Positions 23,862 to 40,043 are shown, counted from the first letter of the stretch. The stretch is DNA of 64,000 nucleotides from Oopsacas minuta (GCA_024704765.1 JAKMXF010000302.1:372001-436000), one strand, 5' to 3'. Program-made: numbers and translations. Notes: generated by a model from the sequence alone, not told the origin.

Positions 23862-25133
23862 ATGTCACTTCCTGCAATTCCAGTTAACCCATTAAGTAAC
23901 CCTAAAGGTACCAAATCTCTCTGTGAGCTATGTCAACAGACCGCTACACTGCAATGCCCTCAATGCCGTGTTACGTTTTACTGTGGTGATAAACATCACG
24001 CGTTAGATTGGGAAGGGATCCATTGTAAGATATGTCCTCTCCTCGCCCCGTTTCGAGCTCTCTCCCTCTCTCAACCAGTCGGGAGAACAGCTCAAGACAG
24101 AGCTGCTCAGGAGAGGACAGACAGACTGAGAGAGATAGTAGAACTCACCCTAGAGGAGGGCAGAACTCTCCTATTTGGAGGCAAACACAATCTAGCTGTA
24201 CCTGCTGCACTTCAGTGTCTGAAATTCAGTAAAGAATTGTATGGTAAATCTAATAACAATCATATTGCAGAGCTATTGTAGTGTCTATTATATTATTTTG
24301 TAGGCACAAGAGGCTTAGACTTAGTACAACCATTCTTAGTGCTAGCAGAAGCTAGCATAGGTCTGTCTAGGCTGGGACATGCTGAGGAGTATCTGTCTCA
24401 AGCCAAGTTCTCTCTAATCCAACCGGATAAAGCGAAACGTACTAGTCAGTCTGAACTTGACTTGATGAAGAGCAAATTAAATAGGATATACGGTCTACTG
24501 TATTTAGGTGTGTGCTTAATTAAGTAACAATTATGAATCTATCAAATTTATTAGATATTCTATGTTTTAGCTCAAAATCAGACTCATAAAGCTAGAAATG
24601 CATTTGCAAATGATATCTATCTGTCTAGCATTGCTAATGGCACTACACATAGACTTGTAGCAGGTGGATACTTTTATCTTGGTAATTCATTTTTGAAAGA
24701 AGGAAAATCGCTAGTAGCACTTCCTTTCCATCAACTTGTTATTAAAATATGGATTGATTTCTTTGTTGAGAACATTACGATATGTCAACAAGATATCAAT
24801 GCAAAAGGTAATGTATTTATCAGCTAATTGATATTTCTATATACGTAAATACGATATACATTAATAGAGGGTATATCCGAGAAAATTGAGTTTGGCCCAT
24901 CCGTACAGGCTGAATCATCTGAAACACTAAAAGCTCTTCTACAACATCATTCTAAGAGAGCTTATCATTTCGGAGACGGTGCTCTTAAACAATTATTAGC
25001 AAGTCTCAGTATGTTATACTTCCTATTCAGAGATAGCGAGTCGGCTAAAAAGTATGCAGAAGATGCTCTACAGTGTGATACAATGGAATATCGAGACCTC
25101 GATCAGATTCTTAACTCACTAGCTAATAAATAA
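23862..25133 (+). CDS. ZMYND12: MYND zinc finger/TPR-like protein 12, multi-exon
   Basis: PKG...CELCQQTATLQCPQCRVTFYCGDKHHALDWEGIHCKIC, GKHNLAVPAALQCL, LAEASIGLSRLGHAEEYLSQA match ZMYND12 as recalled; stop at 25131-25133. Confidence 0.88.
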
Positions 25134-25593
25134 TGCGAATAAAGAAATATATTCACTCTTGTATCACAAACAGGTCACTTATTTATTGTAATTTGTAATT
25201 TGTAATTGTATACAAACATTGAATATATACAATTATAGTCCCGAGACGCTATATGCCAATTTATTAAGCTTCCCATTCAAATCTATAAATAATAATATGT
25301 AGATATACGTGTTCTACATAATATGTAATTTGGATAATTTGTGTTTTCACAATTATTATCTTTTATGATCCTTTGCTCTAACCATATAATGCAAATTCAT
25401 TAGGAAATTATAGATCTTAAGATCCACTCCATTCAAATTAAATTCATGTGATGCAATCACACCACTTAGAAATATTGAGGTTTATAAGGTTTATAGCTCT
25501 TTAGGCTGATAGAATTGAAATAAGTACTCCTGCTAACTCTTTTTATGAACTATAATATCATTTGAAGTAGCTAACCCATCATATTCGATTGAG

Positions 25594-27123
25594 ATGGAAT
25601 ATTTTAGAAAAAAACTTTCATACAGCGTTAAGATTTGCTTCCTAGCGATCTGTGTTGGTGTTATGTATTCTCAAACAGTTTACAGTAGCGTTCTCTTGTC
25701 TAAAGCATCGAATAATACCAATTCGAGTTCTTGGTTAGATCATTGTGACAGCAATGTGTTTCCATGTTCCGATAAAATAGTAGGGAATATTGTTCTAATT
25801 ATTTTCTACGGATTAACTCTTGCCTTTGCAGCTAAACTCATTTCGGATGGAGCTGAGCTTTTGTTGGATCTGGGTCTACCAGCTGGGTTAATAGGTGGGG
25901 TTATTCTCCCCATTTTGGGGGCGGTACCAGACTGTGCCATGATAGCTGTATCTGGTCTTGGACCAAAGGACGAAGCTCAAACTCAGCTGTCTGTTGGTAT
26001 GGGCACTCTAGCTGGCAGTACCATATTACTGCTCTCAGTTGCATGGAGTGTATCTCTGCTACTGGGACGTGTAGACTTAGTTAAAGAGGGTAATCGTACT
26101 GTAGGAATAGACAAACAATGCACAGGGTTTAGTTTATATAAACAGGGTGCTGAGATCTCCAAACAGGTTACTGTTGTAGCTATTATAATGATGATAACTG
26201 CATTCCCGTATCTTATAGTACAGAGCGCTGATTGGGTATTTGGAGCTACCAAACTTAAACAAGCTCAGCCATTGTATGTAAAGTATGCTGCATTAGTTAC
26301 AATGATAATTTGTCTTGTCTTCTTCGTCATGTACATTGTCATACAGGTAATTATGTCTGTGAAAATCGGGACCGCTAGAGTTAATAGGCATCAAAAGAAA
26401 ATGGTTGCTGAAGCAGCTAAGGCTTTCTACATGACAATGTTTGATAAAAAGATAAACGAAAAAATAGGTCAAGAAGAGAAAAATTCTCTTCTTGAGAAGA
26501 AATATTTCGGAGCCTGGAAAATAGCTGCTGCTACTCGTGTACCTGATTCATATAAGGAAGAAGATGAAGAACAACATTTAATTCCCAAAGAAAAGGAGGA
26601 AAAGAATGCGAGGGATCCAAAATGGTTGATAGCAATTAAATCAATTAGTCAGCTGGTGATTGGTGTGTTTATGGTCACATTTTTCTCAGACCCAATGTGT
26701 AATGCACTGAGTGCAATGACAGATGTGAGGAACATACAGCATATCCCGATTAGTTCATTCTATCTCTCATTCATTATTACACCGGTCTGCTCTAATGCTT
26801 CTGAACTTGTATCTTCTTTCATATTTGCACTGAAAAAGGAGAAAGAGAACATTGCTTTAACATACGCCCAACTCTACGGTGCTGCTACCATGAATAATAC
26901 ACTGTGTTTAGCAGTGTTTGCTGGTCTTGTATACTTCAGAGATTTAGAATGGTTCTTCTCGGCTGAAGTAACAGTAATTCTCCTTGTAGAGTTTACAGTG
27001 GGTATTACAGCATTGGCATTCTTCAGAATATACTATGTATTCCTGCTATTCTTTATTATCCTGCTGTATCCTCTCTCGTTGGCCATTGTTGTACTGCTAG
27101 AGAACTTAGTTCATTGGGGTTAA
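25594..27123 (+). CDS. Cation/Ca2+ exchanger (CaCA) of the plant NCL-like type, intronless
   Basis: GNIVLIIFYG, LISDGAELLL, GGVILPILGAVPD, QLSVGMGTLAGSTILLL, SNASEL, GAATMNNTLCL; two hydrophobic halves joined by a charged loop. Confidence 0.85.
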   Translation: MEYFRKKLSYSVKICFLAICVGVMYSQTVYSSVLLSKASNNTNSSSWLDHCDSNVFPCSDKIVGNIVLIIFYGLTLAFAAKLISDGAELLLDLGLPAGLIGGVILPILGAVPDCAMIAVSGLGPKDEAQTQLSVGMGTLAGSTILLLSVAWSVSLLLGRVDLVKEGNRTVGIDKQCTGFSLYKQGAEISKQVTVVAIIMMITAFPYLIVQSADWVFGATKLKQAQPLYVKYAALVTMIICLVFFVMYIVIQVIMSVKIGTARVNRHQKKMVAEAAKAFYMTMFDKKINEKIGQEEKNSLLEKKYFGAWKIAAATRVPDSYKEEDEEQHLIPKEKEEKNARDPKWLIAIKSISQLVIGVFMVTFFSDPMCNALSAMTDVRNIQHIPISSFYLSFIITPVCSNASELVSSFIFALKKEKENIALTYAQLYGAATMNNTLCLAVFAGLVYFRDLEWFFSAEVTVILLVEFTVGITALAFFRIYYVFLLFFIILLYPLSLAIVVLLENLVHWG

Positions 27124-27598
27124 TCCGATTTCTAAGAAGATAAAGTTTTGAGAGTCGCTTTCACGCTTATTATAGTTTCATATATATTCAGCTTTGGTGT
27201 ATACTAGATTTGTATTTTAGCGATATATTATTATTAATATGGGTATAGTCATTATTTTGTTATTAATTGCTCTTTGAAATATACATATGTTCCTCCTAGT
27301 ACACTTGTCTATCTAGATTGCAAATATTATTTGTGTTTACAACTCAAGTATTCAGTGTACCTTCCGAATTGTTTACACCGTTATTCCATAGCAACTAAAT
27401 TGTTTTAATACTTTATACACAAACCTGACTGCTATATAACTGAGATTATAAAAATGAGGAATTTTGTAAATCTAACAATTTTCTCGTTCATTTTTATTGT
27501 GACTTTACTAACAGAGGCTCAGAATTGAAATCGCCTATATTTATTCTATTATAATTACTCAATTAGTATTTTAGTATTTTCAATTTAAAAGTTTGCAT

Positions 27599-31115
<3,517 letters not shown>

Positions 31116-31351
31116 ATTGATACACATGAATTCGTATATAATGTATATTGTTTTGTTTAAGACATATCGGCGAATCGCTTAGTGATTAGTAGAATTGAAT
31201 TTGACTGTCTTATTGTGTTTTGATCAATTAACTAGCCGGCATTATAATCCATTCACACATCAACATGATTTAGATGGGGATATTACTTAAATATTTGTTT
31301 GTTGAATTTTAATTAATTGAAAGCAGCTTGTTAATTATAATATAGCTATAG

Positions 31352-34300
31352 ATGGCAGATACTAAGTTCAAAGCTGAATATGCTCTAACAAACAGAAGTA
31401 ATTGCAAGAAGTGTAAGGCAACTATAAACAAGGCGGAATTTAGGATAGCTAAACTTACTCCCAGTCCCTTTTCAGAGGGTGAATTACTAGCCCAGTGGCA
31501 TCATCCTGCCTGTCTATTCCAAACATTCCAAAGAGTACGAGCTACAACTAAGATAATAGAAGAACCTGATGACGTAGATGGATATGGAAACTTGGAAAAT
31601 GAAGATAAGAAGAGTTTACTTAAACTAATTGAATCAATTGAGGTAATTAATAATACATCATACAGGTAATTGTACGTACTTATTTATATTGATGTCGTTG
31701 TAGGACAGAATAAAAGTGAGGAAGACACAGTTAGCCAAATCACCAGGTGATAATTCTACAGTCACTACACCGAAGAAATCTCCAACAAAATTACCTTATA
31801 CTACACGTAAGTATTTACCTAAGATTATTAGATTTTAATTAAACGCATGTCTATAGCTACAAAACAAACTGGTAGTAGTCCCTGCAGCTCCAGAGATAAT
31901 ACTGATACACTTGGTTTTGAGGAATTCACAGATCTGTGTATCAAACTTGAGAGTAACTCTTCTCACATCGCTAAGAAGAATCTGATCCAAGAATACTTGT
32001 CAGCTCTACCAAAAGAGCATACAATACAAGCAGTACAAATGTTGTTACCAGCTCATGGCAAAGATAAATCAAGAATATACCATCTCAAGGTATAATATCA
32101 TTATATCGTATTTCCTCGAATATTTATCTACTATGCACACCCCAATATGTATATAGAGCCGGCAGCTAATGAAATTATTCTCTGGTATATTCTCCTCTGA
32201 TTTCGATAAGATGAATGAAATGACAGAACAGAATGGAGATGTGTCTGAGACAATTTGCTCTTTCTTTCTGACATCTAGCTCTGTTTCTCCAGCTGATTCG
32301 GCTTCTCTTTCTCTGACAGAGATTGACAAATGTCTAGAAGAAATGTCACAAGATGGAACTGAGAAACATCAATCTAAAGTTATACGAGGAATTCTCTCTG
32401 ATCTAACAGCTGTTGAGCTTAAATACTTTGTTAGATTGATAAAGAAAGATTTGAAGACAGCTGCTGGAGTTAAACCAGTCATGGATGCTCTATCAAATGA
32501 TGCATATGCTGCTTTCCAAGTTAGAATCATTCATAATTAATTGATATACTACATTTCTTTACGAATTTTCCCTAAGGCAAGTCAAGATATAGAAGACGTA
32601 GTAACGCGAGTCCTGAAGGCTAAAGCAAATTCAACTCCTGGTAAAATGAAAAAAGAGCTGAGTATTCGTACTAATGTTATGGTACCGATTAAGCCTATGC
32701 TTGCTGAGGCATGTAAATCTTACGCACATGCTTTCAAGAGATGTCCTAATGGATTCTATTCAGAGCTGAAGTATGATGGAGAGAGAGTACAGGTATAAAT
32801 AAGAAATTATGTAATTCTCAAATAAAATATGATAGAGATATTTACTAATGTATTCAGGTACACAAACAAGGCGATGAATTTAAGTTCTACGCTAGGAGCT
32901 TAAAGCCAGTTGCTGGCCATAAAGTCAATGAGTTTACAGAATACCTTCCTAAGGCCTGCCCAGCTGATTCAATAATATTAGACTGTGAAGTTCTGCTAAT
33001 GGATCTGAAGACAAGCAAACCTCTTCCATTCGGTACATTAGGTGTACACAAAAAGAGCAAATTTCAGGTAAATTCTTATCATTACGTCATAAAAATTGTG
33101 TTATAATGTATTGCTACAGGATGCTACATGCTGTCTGTTCATTTTCGATATAATGTACTTAAACGGAACGAGTTTAGTAGAAAAGTCATTGAAAGAGCGT
33201 AGAAAGATTCTACACAAAGTTGTTACTGAGATACCTAATCGTATACAACTTAGTCAAGGAAAATTGATCGTAAAAGGAGAGAAGCATAAACTGGAAGAGA
33301 TGATGAGTAATGTGATGAAACAAGGATTGGAGGGTCTAGTTATGAAAGGGGTGGAAGGGGTATATGAACCAGGTCAGTTGTATTAAAAATTTTAAAACAA
33401 TTTATACAATCGTTCACAATTATGGATAATTTGTTAGGGAAGAGACACTGGTTGAAAATGAAGAAAGACTACCTTTCAGATGGAGCTATGGCTGATTCTG
33501 CAGACCTTGTTGTCCTGGGTGCTTATTACGGGACTGGTGTAAAGGGTGGCCTAATGTCTGTGTTTCTTATGGGAGTTCATGATACTGTAAATAATAACTG
33601 GTGTACAGTAGCGAAAGCAGGAAATGGTCTGGATGATAATGAAATACAAAAACTACAGACAAAGTTTGATATGATTAAAATAGGGAAAGATATGAGTAAG
33701 GTTCCATCATGGTTGTCATGTACTAAGACTGTAGTCCCTGATTTCGTGGTGAAAGATCCAAAGAACTCTCAAGTATGGGAGATAGTAGGAGCTGAATTCT
33801 CAGAGTCAAGTACTCACACTGCAGATGGTATTTCTATTCGGTTTCCCAGAATAGCTAAGGTTAGAGATGATAAAGGTTGGAGGGATGCTACCGATCTACA
33901 GAGACTCAAGAAGCTGTATCAAATATCGAAAGAACACACAGATATTGGTATTCTATTCAGGTAATATAAGATCTATCGCAGTGTGGTTCCCAACCTTTTC
34001 ACTCATGGACCACAGGTTGGGGATCGCTAATCTATAGAATAGATTAATAGCCGAATTTACAAGAATTCATTGTATTTCTTATAGTCCAGACGAACAGTCG
34101 GATACAGAAATTGAAATACCAAAAGTAGGTTCAAAAAGAAAATCTCCCGCTACCAAGACAACGTCTCCTAAGGTAAAGAGAGTAAAGGAAGAAGAAACTA
34201 ATTCTTTTGACATAGTAGATCCACTACCTGATATATTCTCTGGTATAAAATTGTATATTTCAGGAAAATTACCTGTAGATGTTAGAAATAACCTGGAGAG

Positions 34301-34460
34301 ATATATTATCGCTTTTGGTGGAGTGGTATTAGAAGAATTTCATAAGACAGAGGCTGATTATACAATCCAGCCAGGTGAAGACTTATCAGAAACCGCGAGT
34401 AAAACAAATCTGGTGACAGAAGATTGGGTTTGGGATAGAATCAAGTCATCAGCTAATTAA
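31352..34460 (+). CDS. LIG3: DNA ligase III (PARP-type zinc finger, ligase core, BRCT), multi-exon
   Basis: AEYALTNRSNCKKC...WHHPAC zinc finger; adenylation motif ELKYDGERVQ; EGLVMK; WLKMKKDY; RFPRIAKVRDDK; C-terminal BRCT ending VTEDWVWD. Confidence 0.93.
33979..34028. mobile_element. ~50-bp internally deleted hAT-like element in a LIG3 intron
   Basis: cagtgtggttcccaacct...aggttggggatcgct inverted ends; ATCTAT on both flanks. Confidence 0.6.
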
Positions 34461-34595
34461 GAATTTGCATGCATTTTTAGTATATAAGAATTCTTATTTG
34501 TTCTATTCTGACAGTAATAGTTTCTTACTCAAATTTTATGGTTCATATAGCACGTATTTTAGCACAGAAATTCTAAATGTTACATTTTTATTTTA

Positions 34596-36980
34596 ATGGT
34601 AGAAATGGGATTAGTTAACTACACAATCTGGTTTGGCCTCTTACTCATAGCTACAGAGGTATATTGTGACGAATTCCCTATAACTCTCAACAAAATCTAT
34701 AGCGGTTCAATACAAAATGGATTGGCTAATTCTTATAACTTCACTCGAGAAGCAGGACAAACAGTTAGAGTAAGAACATTTATACCTGATAAAGATTTAC
34801 AATTACCTCTCTTGATATCGATTGAACAGAGAAGATCAATTCTCTCCTGGACTTTACCTCTAAATCTGACTAAATTTTCACAATTCAGTTATCATCAAGT
34901 TTCCCGTACTCTCTGTTCGGACTATACGAACACATCAGCTGTAATAACTATTTGGGTATTGACTTCCTCTATACAGCCTATTGGATATAGTCTTGAGGTT
35001 ACTGCTGTATCTCAATTCCATCTGATACCAAATACAAAAATGAATTCTACCTCTGTTAGTTTTTCCGGTGGATCTCCGTACTATATCAAGATTTCTTTCC
35101 CGGATAATTCTCCTTCTGACGTCATGAAAATATCTCTAAATTCTAATGATACGTCCTGCGTAATAGCATCACTACAGCCAGCTGAGTGTCCAATAGACGA
35201 TCTACTCAGTACAGTTGAGTATAGAGGTGTGTATCTAACATTGAAGAAAACAGCTGATTTCATATTTACCAAAGAAAATGACGTCATAAACAGCACTAAA
35301 CAGACGGTTAGTCGCTACCTAGTGCTTGTATCAGCACCTAATGAGAGGTGTAATACTAGTGCTTCTTTGAACTATTATCGATTGGAAGAAACCGGTTTCT
35401 CCAAAAAAGTAGATATTACTGTAACATTACAGATGGCTACATGGGACTATTGGAGCCCTGTAGTAATCTTGCTGGTACTGATACTCCTACCATTTTTCAT
35501 TCTAATCTCTCTATTCATTATTGAAACAGTACTAATATTCAAATCAAAACTCCTTGAGAGACATTATCCATTAATTTTCTACACACCAGAACTTGAGAAC
35601 ATTTTGCCACCAGTTGACGATAGACTTGAAAACAATTTGTTAGTCCAACAAGACTTCACTGCCTCTACAAGAGGAGTTGATGGTATGACTAGGAAAGAAA
35701 TGAAAACTACTTATAATCTGGAAATAATAACATTACATGATTTAACTCGTAAAGAAGACAAATATCTTTTGAAGAAATATTGTCTCTATCTATCATCTGT
35801 TCTCATAGTAACGATGTTCTATTCACTTCCTGCTTTACAAGTTGCTATATTCCGCGCGATTTTGTACAATGCTGGTGATAACGATCTCTGTTATTTCAAT
35901 TTCAAATGCGCTCATCCTCTCGATGGTGCTGTTTCGTTTAACAACATTTGGAGTAACATAGCTTACCTCGTACTTGGTTTAATATTCGTCGTTTTAACAG
36001 CGATTAAGCATATCATTCGTAACGATAAGTATCCAAGAGAACAAGAAGAGAAATATCGTGATTATAGGAAGAGAGGTATAACTCCTTATTATGGGTTTTA
36101 TTATGCAATGGGATTTGCATTAATGAGCGAAGGATTAATGTCATCAATATACCATACATGTCCTTCTGGTATTAATTTCCAGTTTGATACTACATTCATG
36201 TTTATTATAGCCCTACTCTCTATTCTTAAACTCCATCAAAACAGACATCCAGATGTGAGTGTAAGCGCTTCTACAGCCTTTCTACTTCTTGGTTCTCTGA
36301 TAATTCTTACTGCATTCGGATTGTTAGCTCACGATAATGAATTCATTATCGTGAGAACATTCTACGCATTGATTGTTATTGGAATAACAATCTTTCTGTG
36401 TCTGAATATTTATTTCTTCTCGCATCCTCAGTTATTCTTCACATCTGTGTTTGAAACTATCAGAGCACGTTCTCTATCTGTTTGTGCACGGTCAATAAAA
36501 AACGTTTTTTGGCCTACAGTAAACCGTCCTCGTATTGTACAAATAGGTATAATTTGCTCAATAAACACGATTTCACTAGTAGGTCTTTACTATTACAAGC
36601 TAGATGCAGCAACTGCCCTACTAATGTTCATTATATTTAATCTCCTAGCTTACATAGCTTACTACTGGGTAATGAAACTATATTATGGAGAACTATCCCA
36701 CAGACCAATTGTATGGTTATTCTCATTCCTTATGTCTATAACTTCTGGTTTCTTCTTCACCATAGCTCTCGTATTCTTCTTTAGCTCTGTTACGAATTGG
36801 CAGTTACCGCCCTCAGAATCAAGGAATCTTAACAAGGACTGTGCTTTCCTTGATTTCTACGACAACCACGATATTTGGCATGTTTTATCGGCTTTTGGAT
36901 TATTTTTCAATTTTCTATCAATAACAATGATAGATGACAATATAAGTGATAAACCTAAGGGTAAGATACGTGTTTTCTAA
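34596..36980 (+). CDS. SIDT: SID-1 transmembrane family protein (SIDT1/2-like), intronless
   Basis: Signal peptide, Asn-rich ectodomain, DLCYFNFKCAHP, FNNIWSN, IYHTCPSGINFQFDTTFM, RHPD, SRNLNKDC..LDFYDNHDIWHVLSA; multiple TM helices. Confidence 0.92.
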   Translation: MVEMGLVNYTIWFGLLLIATEVYCDEFPITLNKIYSGSIQNGLANSYNFTREAGQTVRVRTFIPDKDLQLPLLISIEQRRSILSWTLPLNLTKFSQFSYHQVSRTLCSDYTNTSAVITIWVLTSSIQPIGYSLEVTAVSQFHLIPNTKMNSTSVSFSGGSPYYIKISFPDNSPSDVMKISLNSNDTSCVIASLQPAECPIDDLLSTVEYRGVYLTLKKTADFIFTKENDVINSTKQTVSRYLVLVSAPNERCNTSASLNYYRLEETGFSKKVDITVTLQMATWDYWSPVVILLVLILLPFFILISLFIIETVLIFKSKLLERHYPLIFYTPELENILPPVDDRLENNLLVQQDFTASTRGVDGMTRKEMKTTYNLEIITLHDLTRKEDKYLLKKYCLYLSSVLIVTMFYSLPALQVAIFRAILYNAGDNDLCYFNFKCAHPLDGAVSFNNIWSNIAYLVLGLIFVVLTAIKHIIRNDKYPREQEEKYRDYRKRGITPYYGFYYAMGFALMSEGLMSSIYHTCPSGINFQFDTTFMFIIALLSILKLHQNRHPDVSVSASTAFLLLGSLIILTAFGLLAHDNEFIIVRTFYALIVIGITIFLCLNIYFFSHPQLFFTSVFETIRARSLSVCARSIKNVFWPTVNRPRIVQIGIICSINTISLVGLYYYKLDAATALLMFIIFNLLAYIAYYWVMKLYYGELSHRPIVWLFSFLMSITSGFFFTIALVFFFSSVTNWQLPPSESRNLNKDCAFLDFYDNHDIWHVLSAFGLFFNFLSITMIDDNISDKPKGKIRVF

Positions 36981-37354
36981 TTGATAGTTTACTTGACATC
37001 ATTAATGTATTATATCGAATTGTATATAATATCTTCATTAGAAGTATTATTTGTTTGTTTGTTGTTTGTTTCTACGTATAGGTTGTTAAAACTTTTTGCT
37101 TGAATTGGGAGAACACTCTTTCTTATATACTATACATGCTATTTTATCATTAATCATGTTTCTTTTATCTTATATTAATTGGATGAGAGGGAAGAAACAT
37201 ACGTATGTATATTATAAATTGGTGAGTTTTGAAGTTTTTAGCTTTCAATAAACTTCTTATAATCAATACAAAAATGGCCACAAATTATCCATTGGATGAT
37301 TCAATATATATAAACTTTAGAAGTCCTCGGAAATTCGTTCCCAGACCTGTATCT

Positions 37355-38493
37355 AGAGATTCCTCAGTTCAGATTCAGATTCAGATTCAGAACAGGAATT
37401 AGAATCTAACCAAACTCCAGTTGGAGAACATTTAATAAAGTTCCTGTATGTATCATTAGGTGATGTGGAGGGTGGGTGGGATTCAGATATTTTCTTAGAA
37501 TCAAGAGACATTAAAGACGAGTATTCCTGTACCATATGTACTGGGATATATCGTGACCCAATAATGACTAGATGTGGCCATTTATTCTGTACTACTTGCT
37601 TTGAGAAGCATAAAGGTAGGAAAATTACAACAAACTGTCCTTTGGATAGAAAAGTATTAAATGCAACTGACTACTTTGCTGACAGATTCGTGAAGAAGCT
37701 AGTAGAGAAGTTACGAGTACATTGTCCATTGGAAAAAGATAGTTGTCCCTGGTCCGGACAACTGTGTAATGTTATAGAACATGTAAAAATATGTGACTAC
37801 AGACTAGTTCTTTGCAGAGATTGTAAAATGCGTATCAAACGGAATGAATTGGCAATGCACGAGAATTCACACCTTAAGGAGAGATGTAGTCTACTCTCCC
37901 AACAGTTAATAAGAGTTAACTTGCATTCAAAGTCTGAATCAATAAATCCTAGCCTAATACCATTAGGAGCTTGGGCCATAGTGAATAAATCCCTAATCAA
38001 CAGAGGCAATTATATAACACCATTCTATTGGGTAGTGAAGAATGTTATCGGTCAGATTGAATCTTCTAAAGAGATATTCAGCCCGCCTTTCCTATCATCT
38101 ATTAATGGCTACCAATTCTGTGTACGTCTTAACATGAGTGGTCATGGAAATGGGAGCGGAACACATCTCTCTCTATACTTGTATATCATGAAGGGACCGT
38201 ATGATGACCAGATAGTTTGGCCAACTAAACATGGAACATTTAAAGCTACTCTAATGAGCCAATCGGTCGAAGGAGAGGACACACCCTACTACACAAAGAC
38301 TGCTTCAATCGGTAGTCATCCAGCATTCAGAAGGAAACTAGATATTGTAAAGAAAAACACATCAGCTGGATGGCCGATGTACATTGACTTTTTCGATCTA
38401 ATGAATGAGCGTTTTTACGTGGAGGATTCCGTAGTAATAATGCTGGATATTCTATTCCCACAAGACTCAATTTTTCCAAGTACTATTCTATAG
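37355..38493 (+). CDS. TRAF-like protein (RING, TRAF zinc finger, MATH); start unresolved
   Basis: RING CTICTGIYRDPIMTRCGHLFCTTC...CPLD; CPLEKDSCPW...EHVKIC...CRDC...H; MATH domain FSPPF...GYQFCVRLNMSGHGNGSGTHLSLYLYIMKGPYDDQIVWP. Confidence 0.88.
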
Positions 38494-38649
38494 AAGTTCC
38501 TTAAATTTGTATCTGAATACTATTGCTAATAACTTGACTATTACTAATTCGCGTTTGACTGTCTTAATTAAACTCTATGATATCTTAAGTATAATTCCAT
38601 CTGCAATTAACACAAACATATTATCTACGACAAATTCTATACAAAGCAA

Positions 38650-40043
38650 CTAAATCTTTTTGATATCTCCACCAGAAGCTACAGCAACTTTTCCTTTTGA
38701 TTTTCCCTTCATGCTACTCTGACTGCTTTTTCTCCTTTCAATAGCTTTTTCCTTTGCTTTCTCTGCTAGCGGTACAAGCATTTTCTTCTTTCCTAGTAAC
38801 TTAAGTAATTCTAGTATTACAGGGAGGTAGTTGTGTTTCCTTCTGATATTCTCTATTTGATATCTACATACAAGTATGCCATGCTTGCCAAACAGATTGA
38901 GAAAATATAGAAGAAGAATAGAAAGGAAATTACCTGATAGTTTTCGCTTCTTCCTCTGTGATATAAGTTTGTAGTTTCTCGATCTCTTCTTCAGCAGTCT
39001 CTATAATAGCTTGCAGCTGTTCAGGATCTGAAGATAGAGCTCCTGCTTCACTTGATTCTACCATCTCTCCCATCAATACAGCCTCTAGCAAACGAAAAGT
39101 TTCAAATAATTTAAGTCAATTCGTTTATCGAATAAAATCTGCCAAATATCTCACCCATTTTGAGAGCTGCGGCATCTTTTCTTTGTTCACATTGACTGAT
39201 TTTCCTTTCATACGCCATTTTCCTATCTGTTACAATTGCCATCAAATTGAACCTGATCTCCTGTTCTGGGAATGAACTTATCCTAGACTGCAGAGCTGTT
39301 TTTACTGGTATCAACCAATTCTGATCTTCTGTTATATTTACTCCCAAGTCAACTGGTCCTTCTCTCAGTCCATCCAGCTCGTATATCCGCCCCTATACAG
39401 TGTAGTAGAATTAATACTACAACACGATTATTCATAAATGCATGTTTACCATAAATGGAATATAAGCAACGAAATGAAACACGTCATCTCCTTCTTTAGC
39501 TTCTACAGGGTCTACTGCGAACATTTGTGTACGAGCAAATGCATTATGTATCTCTTTAATAATGGTAGACTCTCCTAGCGTGAGTCCCTTGTCCACTGGG
39601 CTGAATGTTTGTACGAATTCTCTGAATCCATTCAAAGTTTCTCCCAGTTCGATATCAGAATGTCTACAGTTTAGTAGTACACTCAGAATAGCTTGAGTAG
39701 CACATGCATTATTGATAGTCTATAGATGTAAATGGATTGATACGTTAGTTTATCGATTGTTAACTGTATGTACAATCACCTGTTTTGCGAAGAATAGTTC
39801 CATATCTACCGTGTTGAGTACAACAGTCCCAGTAGATGGGGTGTGGTCAGTCGGTCTCCATCTGTATAGAAAAATAAGCCCATGTACAGGACTGAGTCGT
39901 TCTTCTAGATAAACCGGATCATCTAGATAGTCTAACACTAGAAGTTCTTCTACTTGTGCTCCCACACAGCCAAACCCTCTTATCAGCTCTGTGAACACAC
40001 CAGGGTCACTCTCTATCAAACACCAGCTGTTACTACCGTCCAT
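38650..40043 (-). CDS. UCHL5: Ubiquitin C-terminal hydrolase L5 (UCH37), multi-exon
   Basis: WCLIESDPGVFTELIRGFG, HGLIFLYRW, FFAKQ|VINNACATQA (catalytic Cys), FHFVAYIP (His), IYELDGLREGP (Asp), EIRFNLMAIVTDR. Confidence 0.92.

Noticed and set aside
31300-31354. Apparent lack of a mitochondrial-targeting extension on LIG3
   Set aside because: The TAG right before the ATG could be a splice acceptor for an upstream exon, so absence cannot be claimed.
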